Positions 20,583-30,401 of a stretch of DNA of 64,000 bases are shown here, piece by piece. Each line of letters opens with the position of its first letter. The first letter of the stretch is position 1. The notes below the pieces were generated by a model that was not told where the DNA came from, did not search any database, and worked only from the letters and a program-made list of their open reading frames with translations. Position numbers and translations under genes: made by a program. Source of the DNA: Candidatus Moanibacter sp. (GTDB lineage: Bacteria; Verrucomicrobiota; Verrucomicrobiia; Opitutales; UBA2987); the NCBI GenBank assembly GCA_965215885.1, contig CBDCEW010000079.1, positions 1-64,000 on the forward strand. The letters run 5' to 3'.

Positions 20583-22898
20583 TTACGGGGCCCAGATGTT
20601 CGCAACCTCGGTGTTATATTCGTCTCTCGTCATATCCTGGAAGGCGACACGGCGGAAAGTGCGGGCGTTGGGCGACCCGGGAGGATAGACGCCGTTCCGG
20701 AAATTGTCATTGAAGCCCCAGTCACGCCCGGGCGGGCTGTAGTAATGGCTGAAATTATTCGGCATGGCATCTACATGCACCTCGCTCTCAAAGAGGGCGA
20801 CGAGGGAACCGCGGATGGTCAAAGTGACACCGGACCATTTCTCGAGGAAGCGCGGGAAGTTGTGGGCGCCGCCGCTCTGTGTGCCGGAAGAGGCACCGGT
20901 CACCGGATCGTCTGGAATCGATGGCTTGAGACCGGTCAAAATAGCCGCGGAAACCTCGGTAAATCCTTCACTGCCGGATTGTCCACTATCTTTGATTTTT
21001 CTACCGGTTGTACTGCTGTGATCGCTGTTTTTTCGGTGCTCGGTGAACCATTCGTTGGAGAGAACGGTAAGGGAGTCAGAGATGACGGCGGCGGGTGGCT
21101 CACTGGCGTTGTCGAGCGTGTTGGCGTCGTTGCTGTGAGAATTTCCGTCCGCGTTATAATGGCCCACGATATACATGGGGGCATTTGTAGCCACGGTGAG
21201 CCCTATTTCAGATGTGTAGGAAGGTCTCGGTAGCCCGTCATCAGCCCCAGCAGATCTTCCATCGACCAGCTGCAGTCCCAGAACCTTACTACCGCTGGAA
21301 TACGTCTTAGCCTGGACGACCTTATCCACTCTCCCGCCCGAATTGGCCACCGTCGGGAATTCGACGTAGACGACCCCATTCCACTCCGCTGATGGGACAT
21401 AGTCGGATCCGACGTCACCTCCGTCATGATTGGTTTCCCAATCCGTGGGGGCATAGCCCCCATCAGTATCATCGACGAGGTCCCTCAGGCGACTGATGTC
21501 AATAGAGAGCATATCCTGCTGAACATCCTCGCGGTGGTCATACATCCCACCGGTAACGTCACCGCCGGATGTCTCATATTCTTCAAATTTGGCGTCGACC
21601 TCAATATCCTTATAATCGTCATGGGGGGTGCCGGTAGCTGCGAGGTCACCGATTAAGCCGGTAGGAAGGTTGACCTCGACTCTGATCGGGTTGCCGTCGG
21701 TGTCCAGGGCGGGCGGGCTGCCCGGGTCGAGCGGATTTGTCCGCTGGTATTTATAGGCCTTGACCCGGAAGGAACCCGGATCAGTTGGGTCCGCACTGTC
21801 GTCTACGCTCAGAATAAGTCCGGCCTTGTAGGCGAATTTCTGATTGCGTATAGCCTCGCCCTTGTAGTCCGGGTGGTTCGTGGGTAGGACCGGCTCGATA
21901 ACGGAATAACCGTAGTTCTCCAGTTCATTGGCCGGCGTAAAGGGATCGTCGGGAACATAGTCGGCGATTCCGATCGGATTGAGCGTGGGGACGCTGTGGT
22001 CGACGTCCTGCACATTGCCGTCCCAACGCTGGGAGGCCAACTCCCGCCAATCCGAATCGCGATGGTCGAGCCAGCTCGTGTCAACGTTCCAGGTTCCGCC
22101 GTTATACATGTTCTGACTGGTACCGGTCGCATCCTTGACATTGACGGTGCCGGATTGGGAGTGCCCTCCCGTTCTCTTGTTGCCGTGAAGAACCTGGCCG
22201 GCCGCGTAGACGCCTTCGTGGAAGGTGATTTTGTTAGCCGCCTGGAGCCAGGCGTCGGTGTTGGAATGGACCGGCCCGTGGACATTCATGACAGGACCGG
22301 GATGGAGTTCAAGGTCCATATTATAGAAGATGGCATGGCCGAAAAGCGGGGCATCCCGCACCTGAAGTTTCTGCCTGGTGTAGGCGGTCACAGCGCTTCC
22401 AAATCCGCTCGATTCGGCGGTGGCCTTACCAAATACCACTACGTCGCGCACGAAGACCCGCTTGCCCTTGAGGGGATCGAATTCGTTGGCCGGATCGGAG
22501 GGGTCGATGTAGATCCACTCCCCGGGCGGCACCATGCCGCCGTGCAACTCCGCGTTGGCGGTGTCGATGTTGGTGCCGCCAAAAAACGTAGCAAAGGTTG
22601 AAGGAAGCGCGAGCGGATTATTCTGCGGCGCCAATTCGTCGAGGGGAAAGGATGTCTGGTTCGTAAATCTCTGAATGAGATCGGCGAATCCGTATTCCAC
22701 GACCGACTCGGCGGCGTTCTTGGCTGCCTGGCGGCGCAAATGTTGAATATTGAGCCGCTTCTCGGTTATTCCCCAGCGCAGGGTGACTCCAAGAACGGTG
22801 AGCAGGCCCATGCCGATAATTAAGATTGTCATGAGGGCGGAACCCTTGCGCGATTCGCGAGGCCAAAGACTTGTGATTTTAATTTGTTTTGTAATCAT
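20583..22898 (-). CDS. PilX-like large minor pilin / tip protein, copy 1
   Basis: RKG|SALMTIL prepilin-like N-terminus lacking Glu5; A.NAAESVVEY PilX-N motif; follows two prepilin genes. Confidence 0.8.
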   Translation of the reverse strand: MITKQIKITSLWPRESRKGSALMTILIIGMGLLTVLGVTLRWGITEKRLNIQHLRRQAAKNAAESVVEYGFADLIQRFTNQTSFPLDELAPQNNPLALPSTFATFFGGTNIDTANAELHGGMVPPGEWIYIDPSDPANEFDPLKGKRVFVRDVVVFGKATAESSGFGSAVTAYTRQKLQVRDAPLFGHAIFYNMDLELHPGPVMNVHGPVHSNTDAWLQAANKITFHEGVYAAGQVLHGNKRTGGHSQSGTVNVKDATGTSQNMYNGGTWNVDTSWLDHRDSDWRELASQRWDGNVQDVDHSVPTLNPIGIADYVPDDPFTPANELENYGYSVIEPVLPTNHPDYKGEAIRNQKFAYKAGLILSVDDSADPTDPGSFRVKAYKYQRTNPLDPGSPPALDTDGNPIRVEVNLPTGLIGDLAATGTPHDDYKDIEVDAKFEEYETSGGDVTGGMYDHREDVQQDMLSIDISRLRDLVDDTDGGYAPTDWETNHDGGDVGSDYVPSAEWNGVVYVEFPTVANSGGRVDKVVQAKTYSSGSKVLGLQLVDGRSAGADDGLPRPSYTSEIGLTVATNAPMYIVGHYNADGNSHSNDANTLDNASEPPAAVISDSLTVLSNEWFTEHRKNSDHSSTTGRKIKDSGQSGSEGFTEVSAAILTGLKPSIPDDPVTGASSGTQSGGAHNFPRFLEKWSGVTLTIRGSLVALFESEVHVDAMPNNFSHYYSPPGRDWGFNDNFRNGVYPPGSPNARTFRRVAFQDMTRDEYNTEVANIWAP

Positions 22899-22902
22899 TG
22901 TT

Positions 22903-23580
22903 CTAGCCTCTTGGTGAAATCGTGAAGTTGTAGGTGTCCGTGACCCGTTTGGCATCGTTTCCGTGGTATATCTGGCCGTTCACCATGATGCTGCGATCGC
23001 GAAAATTGTAGAAGAGTTTGCCGTCGGCCAACCCTCGCGACAGCTCGATGACCTGGGAGAAGGTACTCTCCTGAGTGGAATCGGGCACGAGCTGTTCGAC
23101 TTTGAGCAACTGTTGAGCCACCGGGACATTGTAATCGAATCGGCGCACCGGTCCGGTGTTTTCAGCCTGATTGTCGATGGAGCGGTAGTAACCGATCAGT
23201 TTCACAATGGGCGGAGGAACCGTATCGAGCGGATTGGGGTCGTCGCCGTAGTAGATCAGCACCAGAACATCTCCCGATTCCCCATCGCGTTTGCGCCAAT
23301 CCGCATAGGGCGCCTGGGTTCTGAAACTATCGTAGAAATCGTCGTACATGGTGAAGTGATTGGCGTCGCGGGCATTGTCCGTTAATTCATTAGTGATGTT
23401 GCGTACGTCAGCATTGATTTTGAGTTTTTGATCGCTCGTAAACATCATCACGGTGGACTGGTAGTAGAATGAGGTTAACCCCGCCATCACGAGACCGAGG
23501 ATCGTCATCGTGACGAGCAGTTCAGTAAGGGTGAAACCACCCGCTGTTTTTTCTTTGGATTTTCTTTTCATGGCTATCAT
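22903..23580 (-). CDS. Type IV prepilin-like protein (PilW-like position)
   Basis: KTAGG|FTLTELLVTMTILG cleavage/methylation motif; ATG overlaps the upstream stop (TAATG). Confidence 0.88.
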   Translation of the reverse strand: MIAMKRKSKEKTAGGFTLTELLVTMTILGLVMAGLTSFYYQSTVMMFTSDQKLKINADVRNITNELTDNARDANHFTMYDDFYDSFRTQAPYADWRKRDGESGDVLVLIYYGDDPNPLDTVPPPIVKLIGYYRSIDNQAENTGPVRRFDYNVPVAQQLLKVEQLVPDSTQESTFSQVIELSRGLADGKLFYNFRDRSIMVNGQIYHGNDAKRVTDTYNFTISPRG

Positions 23581-24088
23581 TAAAAGGTTGGAACGAATGA
23601 TTTGACGAAGCGAATAGAACCGTTTTTCCACTGCGGAGAACCCCGCTCCGGGCTCATATACCTGTAGTCGAAAGTAATCTCGAGCGCTTTGATCGGAGTT
23701 TGGCCGACATCGAGATTGTTTGCCGTTATGGTCAGTTCATAGTCCATCGTTATTGGTCTCGGATTCGCCGTGTCGAGATCGCGAATGTCTATCATCACTT
23801 CCTTGTCATTCACCTGGCCGAAGTAGAGGGGGTCGTCGATTTCGATGCTCTGTCCGGTGAGGATGGCCGACACGCTTTTGGTAGGGATGGGAAGTGTGTT
23901 GTCGGCGAGGCACGTGATAATCTGGTCGTATTCCATACTCTTCATTTGCTCGAGGTAACCCTGAGTCACCGTCAAGGCGGTATTCTCGTAAACATTGGAT
24001 TCGGCTAGGCGCCGGCCCAAAAGCACGCCGGAGAGCACGGTAGTCGCGAATATTGCCAGAATCACCATGGAGAAGAGGATCTCGACTA

Positions 24089-26006
24089 GACCTTATCCGA
24101 AAAGCTACTGATTGGCCGCAAAGAGGCGCAAAAGGCGCAAGAAAAACTTGAGAAAAATCAGTTTTTCGGCTTGATAAAAAGTGTCGTAACATACTAGTGT
24201 TTAACAACTTAAGATTAAGAAATGAGTTAAACATGCCAACATGTGCGACAGAGGAGAACAAAAGCGACAAGACGCCCCTTAGCAACCTCATTCTGCCGGT
24301 TCCAGACACGGATTTCCGTGATTTTCTGGATGAAGTTGAAGAATTGGCCGGGTTCGCGGCGCAAATCATCGAGGCGATCGAGAAGGATCTGGACGCCCAT
24401 GCGCGTGAGAAGAAGAAACTTCGATTGGAAGATCGAAGGTTCTTTGAAGGGCGCACAGCGGAGCTGCCGGAGCTGGACATCGAGGAGGAGAATATTCTGG
24501 CTGCTGAATTGAATCTTGGGGCAGGCCGGCCGCGGATGCCGGCTTATGCGGTATACGTGTTCGTGATGATTCGAGGGTTTCTGGGTTCGTTGACCACGAA
24601 ACCGGCACGGCGGTTTGTGCGCGAGTCGATGAGCTTGTACGGATTTTTGCAGAGCGGGGGACTGAGAATGCCGGCGGTGACGACGATTCTGGAGAACGTG
24701 AACCTGGTCAGCCATACGACCCGCGAGTTGATCTTTGATAAACAGATTGGGTTTATCCTCCAGGAGCAATGGGACGATTTCGGGAAGCTGACGATCGACA
24801 GCACCTCGGTGAAAGCAAACAGCTGCTGGCCCACCGATGGGAAGATTCTGAGCGGTCTTTTGATGCGGGCCAATCGTTTGGGTCAGAAGTTGCATGTCTT
24901 CGGGCTGGAGGATTTTCGCAAGGGATGGGTTGGGCGTTGGCTGGAGGAAATGGACAAGCTGGAGTTTCAGATTTGTCTGGCCGCGGGCAAACCGAAGTCG
25001 AAGGGCAAGCTGAAGAAACACTACCGGCGGTTGCTCAAGCGGGGCCGCAAGGCGGCCGACTCACTAACGGGGGAACTGAGCCATCTTGAAGAGGGCCTGT
25101 CGATGGATTCACTGCCTCCCACTCGCCGGGAGCTTCTGGAGCGGGCATTGAGCCAGATCAGGGGCGATATTGCCGACGCCAAGCGGGTTGTTGAGTATGC
25201 TCATGATCGGGTGTTTCACGAAAAGAAGCTACCGTCCACACAGAAGGTCCTGAGCCTCTCGGACGGATCGGCGGCCTACATCAAGAAGGGCAGCCGCAAT
25301 CCAGTGATCGGGTACAAGCCACAACTGGTTCGCAGCGAAAACGGTTTTGTCACCAGCCTGATCGTACCGCAAGGCAACGCGGCAGACTCCATTGAGCTGG
25401 CGCCGGCCATCGGCGATTCGATCAAGCGCACCGGTGTCATTGCTGAACTGGTCAGCACCGATGACGGATATGCTTCGGCGAAGGGACGCAAGGAGGTGCT
25501 GAGCATGGGGGTAAAGCAGATCAGTATCAGTGGGGCGAAGGGCAAGAAGTTGACCACCCCCGAGGACTGGGAGAGCGAGGCGTATCGCGAGGCACGCCGC
25601 GATCGCTCCGCAGTGGAGTCGCTGATGTTCACGATTAAAGATGGATTTGCCTTTGGCGAACTCGGCCGCCGCGGCATCGATGCGGTAGGCGATGAACTGC
25701 TCGAGAAGGTTCTGGCCTACAACTTCTGCCGCATCATACTGATGAAGAAACGCCGAGGGGAGGAACTGGAACAGGCAGCCTGAATCTGACCGCTTTGAAG
25801 CTCAGAGAAAAAAGCACCACGGGATGAGTATGCCTCCAGACAGCGGCAAATATACGTATTGTGCAGCAAGCCACGCCGATGGCCGCTCAATACCTGCTCA
25901 TCGGCAGCGCCGGCAGCCTAAAACCCGAAACCTGCCAGCCATAGGCTGGTCCGCCCGTGGCGGAGAACCTTAAACCGCCCGCTCGAAAGGCTTTTCGAAT
26001 GGGGTC
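24089..26006 (+). mobile_element. IS5/ISNCY-like element copy 3 (1918 bp)
   Basis: Terminal IRs as in other copies; CGACTA duplicated at 24083-24088 and 26007-26012. Confidence 0.95.
24233..25783 (+). CDS. IS5/ISNCY-like DDE transposase
   Basis: Intact ORF with the same motifs as copy 2. Confidence 0.88.
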   Translation: MPTCATEENKSDKTPLSNLILPVPDTDFRDFLDEVEELAGFAAQIIEAIEKDLDAHAREKKKLRLEDRRFFEGRTAELPELDIEEENILAAELNLGAGRPRMPAYAVYVFVMIRGFLGSLTTKPARRFVRESMSLYGFLQSGGLRMPAVTTILENVNLVSHTTRELIFDKQIGFILQEQWDDFGKLTIDSTSVKANSCWPTDGKILSGLLMRANRLGQKLHVFGLEDFRKGWVGRWLEEMDKLEFQICLAAGKPKSKGKLKKHYRRLLKRGRKAADSLTGELSHLEEGLSMDSLPPTRRELLERALSQIRGDIADAKRVVEYAHDRVFHEKKLPSTQKVLSLSDGSAAYIKKGSRNPVIGYKPQLVRSENGFVTSLIVPQGNAADSIELAPAIGDSIKRTGVIAELVSTDDGYASAKGRKEVLSMGVKQISISGAKGKKLTTPEDWESEAYREARRDRSAVESLMFTIKDGFAFGELGRRGIDAVGDELLEKVLAYNFCRIILMKKRRGEELEQAA

Positions 26007-26063
26007 CGACTAGAGAGACCCCGGAAGATTTGTCGTTATAAAAACCCTTCATAGCTTAAGCCG

Positions 26064-26232
26064 TTCTATGGTTTAAAATTAAGATTTCGTTGCATACCCT
26101 GCAACACCGTTATCCAGAGTTGTGTTGCTCTCTCGAGCAACTGCACGCGCTCAATTTTGCTATTACTAAAATACAGGTCGAAAAGATAAAAGCAATCCTC
26201 AACTGGCTTTCTGGAATAAAATTGAGGATTTA
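26064..26232 (-). promoter_or_regulatory. Conserved upstream element, copy A (before the prepilin operon)
   Basis: Collinear similarity to 29200-29315 and 35251-35416; palindrome AATCCTCAA(26194)-N19-TTGAGGATT(26230). Confidence 0.55.
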
Positions 26233-26648
26233 TCTTCCGGTCCCAGTGAGGGTCGCCAAAAGGATGTAAATTGTTGTATAAAAACCGCTTACAATACACA
26301 ATGGGGGCAACACCCTACGTACCATAATGAGGGATCTAACCGATAGAGGTGGGGTATGGTAATGGCACTCCTGGGGGTTGCCCTACGGGTGCCAAGTGTC
26401 TCGCTGGTCGGTTATTCCCAAGGTAGCATTCGGCCGCGACAAGAGATTTTAGCCGCCGTCGCCCAAAGACTTTGCCGTAGATGCACACGGTTTATAGCAG
26501 GGAACGCGCGCCACCCCGGCACCCGTCTTCGCGCGAGGCAGGCAAGAACGGAGCAGCCAGAAATCAAAGGCACGCTAAACACGTACTAGAGCCTGTTCGA
26601 AAAGTGTAAAGACCCACTGATGTGAGCGTAAACGGGGCAAGGAGAACT

Positions 26649-28982
26649 TTATGGGGTCCAGATACTCGCTATCGCGGTGTCGTATTGGGATTTACTCAAA
26701 TCCTGGAATGCGGTGCGGCGATAGGTGCGGAGGTTGGGTGAACCGGGAGGGTAGACGCCGTTGCGGAAGTTGTCATTGAAGCCCCAGTCGCGATTGGGCG
26801 CTTTGTAGTAATGATCGAAATCATCCGGCATGGCTTCTACATGCACCTCACTCTCAAAGAGGGCGACGAGCGATCCGCGGATGGTCAAGGTAACATTTTT
26901 CCAATTTTCCAAAAACCGTGGGAAGTTGTGAGCGCCGCCACTCCGCTTGCCGGAAGGGGCACCCGTCACCGGATCGTCGGGAATCGATGGCTTGAGCCCG
27001 GTTAATATGGCCGTCGCAATTTCCACAAAAACATCAGCGGAGGAATCGCCGCCGTTTTTGATTTTGCGCTGGCTATGACTGCCGTGATCGCTGTGTATGC
27101 GGTGATCATCTAACCATTCGTTGGAAAGAATGGTTAGAGCGTCAGAAACAACGGCGGCGGGGGGTTCGGAGGCGTCGTCGAGCAAATTAGCGTCGTCGGT
27201 GTGCGCGAAGCCGTTTGCGTTATAATTGCCGACAATATACATGGGAGCGTTCGTGGCCACGGTGAGCCCGATCTCAGAGGTGTAGGAAGGACTCGGAAGT
27301 TCTTCACCATTGACAAGCTGTAACGCCAGGACCTTTTTATTCGCATTGTCAGCCGAATCGGAATATCTTTTCGCCTGCACGACCTTATCCACTCTCCCTC
27401 CCGAACTGGCCACGGTCGGAAATTCCACATAAACGACGCCATTCCAGTCGTTTGCCGGGACATAGTCCGAACAGGCACCACAACTGCCATTAGGATTGTC
27501 TGTTGTCCAATCAGTGGCATCATGGAGAGCGTGGTTATCGTCGACGAGCTTCGTCAATTTCTCGATGTTGATAGAGATCAAGTCCTGCTCCACATTTTCG
27601 CGGTGGTCATACATACCTTCAAGGACATCACTACCGTCAAAGGAATAGCTCTCCACGGTAGCGTCCGATTCGAGCCCATCCCACTTTGTGATGTCGCCCC
27701 CGGCAGTTTTATCGTTTTCGAGGTCACCGATCAAGCCGGTAGGTAGCTTCACCGGGATCTCAACGGGATCGCCGTTGGCGTCGAGGACGGGCGGGCTGCT
27801 CGAATCGAACGGATTCGTCCGGCTGTATCGATGTGCCGTCACCTTGAAAGTACTCGTATCATTTGGAGTGGCAATGGGTGCTTCCACTCGCAGAATAAGG
27901 CCCGCCTTAAAGGCGAATTTCTCCTTGCGCACATCCTCACCTTTGTAGTCCACGTGGAGCGTCGAAAGGACGGGCTCGATAACGGAATATCCGTAATTCT
28001 CCAGTTCATTGGGAAAGGTAAAGGGATCGTCGGGCACATAGTTGGCGATGCCGATCGGATTGAGAGTGGGGACGCTGTGGTCGACGTCCTGCACATTCCC
28101 GTCCCAACGCTGGGAGGCCAATGCCCGCCAGTCCGAATCGCGATGATCGAGCCAGTCCGCGTCATTTTGCCAGCTTCCTGAGCCGTTATACATGTTCGTA
28201 TTGGCGCCGGCCGCATCCTCGACATTGACAGTGCCGGATTGGGAGTGTCCTCCCGTTCTCTTGTTACCGTGAAGGACCTGGCCGGCCGCGAAGACGCCTT
28301 CGTGGAAGTTGAGTTTGGCTTTCGACTCGAGCCAGGCGTCGGTGTTGGTATGGACCGGACCGTGGACATCCATGTTCTCACCGGGGTGGAGTTCCATGTC
28401 CATGTTGTAGAAGATGGCATGGCCGAAGAGCGGGGCATCCCGCACCTGAAGTCTCTGCATGGTGCGGGCGCTCACATTGGATCCAACTCCGGTCGATCGG
28501 GCGGTGGCCAAACCGTAGACAACGACGTCGCGCACGAAGACCCGCCTACCTTTGAGGGGATCGAATTCGTTGGCCGGATCGGCGGGGTCGATATAGATCC
28601 ATTCCCCGGGCGGCACCATGCCGCCGTGCAACTCCACGTTGGCGGTGTCGATGTTGGTGCCGGACAAAAAGGTAGTGGAGGATGAAGGAAGCGCGAGCGG
28701 ATTATTCTGCGGCGCCAATTCGTCGAGGGGAAAGGATGTCTGGTTCGTAAATCGCTGAATGAGCTCGGCGAATCCGTATTCCACGACCGACTCGGCGGCG
28801 TTCTTGGCGCTTTGGCGGCGCACATGTTGAATATTGAGCCGCTTCTCGGTTATGCCCCAGCGCAGGGTGGTCCCCATAACGGTGAGCAGACCCATGCCGA
28901 TAATGAGGATTGTCATGAGGGCGGAACCCTTGCGCGGTTCGCCGGGCCACTGATTTGTGAGTATTTTATGTTCTGTATTCAT
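26649..28982 (-). CDS. PilX-like large minor pilin, copy 2
   Basis: Paralogue of copy 1 with the same N- and C-terminal motifs. Confidence 0.8.
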   Translation of the reverse strand: MNTEHKILTNQWPGEPRKGSALMTILIIGMGLLTVMGTTLRWGITEKRLNIQHVRRQSAKNAAESVVEYGFAELIQRFTNQTSFPLDELAPQNNPLALPSSSTTFLSGTNIDTANVELHGGMVPPGEWIYIDPADPANEFDPLKGRRVFVRDVVVYGLATARSTGVGSNVSARTMQRLQVRDAPLFGHAIFYNMDMELHPGENMDVHGPVHTNTDAWLESKAKLNFHEGVFAAGQVLHGNKRTGGHSQSGTVNVEDAAGANTNMYNGSGSWQNDADWLDHRDSDWRALASQRWDGNVQDVDHSVPTLNPIGIANYVPDDPFTFPNELENYGYSVIEPVLSTLHVDYKGEDVRKEKFAFKAGLILRVEAPIATPNDTSTFKVTAHRYSRTNPFDSSSPPVLDANGDPVEIPVKLPTGLIGDLENDKTAGGDITKWDGLESDATVESYSFDGSDVLEGMYDHRENVEQDLISINIEKLTKLVDDNHALHDATDWTTDNPNGSCGACSDYVPANDWNGVVYVEFPTVASSGGRVDKVVQAKRYSDSADNANKKVLALQLVNGEELPSPSYTSEIGLTVATNAPMYIVGNYNANGFAHTDDANLLDDASEPPAAVVSDALTILSNEWLDDHRIHSDHGSHSQRKIKNGGDSSADVFVEIATAILTGLKPSIPDDPVTGAPSGKRSGGAHNFPRFLENWKNVTLTIRGSLVALFESEVHVEAMPDDFDHYYKAPNRDWGFNDNFRNGVYPPGSPNLRTYRRTAFQDLSKSQYDTAIASIWTP

Positions 28983-29000
28983 TATTCTAATCTATTAGAG

Positions 29001-29188
29001 AAATCGTGAAGGTATTAGTGTCGGGAGACCTGGCCGGATCGTCGATGGGGGGGTGAATCCGGCTGATTTATCGATGGGCGGAGAAACCGTATCGAGCGGA
29101 TTGGGATCATCGCAGTAGTAGATAAGCGCCAGAATAACTCCCCCTATCCCGGGCGTCGACATCGCGAATGTCGATAATCACTTCCTTG
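29001..29188 (-). pseudogene. Deleted remnants of both prepilin genes
   Basis: 29001-29011 matches ~22918-22928; ~29075-29142 matches ~23208-23275; ~29155-29188 matches ~23772-23805. Confidence 0.75.
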
Positions 29189-29199
29189 CCGTACCATTT

Positions 29200-29315
29200 T
29201 TCGTAATTATGCTACTCTCTCGAATTCCTGTCGCGCAGGATTCTAGCACTTCGCATATACAAAATTAAAAAAAAGCAATCCTAAAATTGCTTCCGGGTTA
29301 AAATTGAGGATTTTA
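29200..29315 (-). promoter_or_regulatory. Conserved upstream element, copy B
   Basis: TGCTACTCTCTCGAA, AAGCAATCCT and AAATTGAGGATTT blocks are shared with copy A or C. Confidence 0.5.
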
Positions 29316-29384
29316 ACCGATGGGGGGGTGCGGTAGAAAAAATCGCGTCGATTGTCCTACGAAGGACTCGCCTGGCAACTATTT

Positions 29385-30074
29385 CTACTCTTCTTCCTCT
29401 GCCACGATTCCCATGGTGAAGAAAAATTGCTCGAAGCTCTTCTTCGCTAGATCGAGCTTGCCTTCCGGGCCGGAAAAGCTGCCAACAATAAGGTCGTGCT
29501 CGACCTTAATAAAATACTCGTAGTGGATTGTACGCCCCTGGCCGCCGGGAGCGGGAAGGGCATAAACGACTACCCGGTTCGATCGATCGAGAGGTTGGGT
29601 AGTCTGGCCCGCGGGGCGGTACTGTCCGTCGTCGTTGAGGAACTCAACGCGGGTTTTGTACTTTATCTTGAGACCCTCAATATAGCCTTTGATCGACTTC
29701 GGTTCGATATCGGGAAGGAACTCGTCCTTCCTGAATAGACTCATGGAACAAGTGACATTCCGGTTGCCCCGGAAATAGAAGCTGATGGAAGTCTGACTAT
29801 CCGATTTGCGCGCCCAATTATTGGGAACCGCCGTTGCAATCTCAAATTCAGGGGTTTGAATTCGAAAATCCTGCCCGTCCAGACCATCCATGAAGAATTT
29901 CCTTACCCGGGATGAGAAGGGAACGCGCGGGGTTTTTGGCTTCATGTATATAGGCCCATCGTACTCCTCCTCTTCCTCTTCCGTTTGGGCGAAGAGAGGG
30001 CTGCTCATCGTCAGGCAGGCCAACCCGATAAACAAAATAAAACCTTTTAAGAGCTTCACATATAATTTCTTCAT
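29385..30074 (-). CDS. Exported hypothetical protein, paralogue B
   Basis: Signal peptide and poly-E; paralogue of 19663-20352; lies downstream of PilX-like copy 3. Confidence 0.8.
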   Translation of the reverse strand: MKKLYVKLLKGFILFIGLACLTMSSPLFAQTEEEEEEYDGPIYMKPKTPRVPFSSRVRKFFMDGLDGQDFRIQTPEFEIATAVPNNWARKSDSQTSISFYFRGNRNVTCSMSLFRKDEFLPDIEPKSIKGYIEGLKIKYKTRVEFLNDDGQYRPAGQTTQPLDRSNRVVVYALPAPGGQGRTIHYEYFIKVEHDLIVGSFSGPEGKLDLAKKSFEQFFFTMGIVAEEEE

Positions 30075-30401
30075 TTGGATATGCGTATCTTGTCCCCGAT
30101 ATTGAGAAATCCTGGAAGAGGGGAATATTAGTAACCGGAACCCGGGTCAACTTCTGTTTTTTAATTCTTCCGGGAAACTATCGACAGGAGCCAGCCCGCG
30201 CGATCGGATCGTGCGAAAACTCTCCCCGACTTTTAAGGTGTTTTCGCCACCCAATTTTCACCCTGGTGGCGGTTTACGGCAGGAAAAAGCACCGATGATT
30301 CAATCATTCGACCCTCACTCGCTTCGTTCCGGGCTCTCTTCTCCCGCTTGGTGGAAGAAGGGCGTCCCTTCAAGAACGAGTTCCGGACGAGGCGTAGAGC
30401 C

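Larger units (their letters stand above)
23580..26052 (-). pseudogene. Type IV prepilin-like gene (PilV-like position) interrupted by an IS
   Basis: Removing 24089-26006 and one CGACTA restores MKGFYNDKSSG|VSLVEILFSMVILAIF... in frame. Confidence 0.88.
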
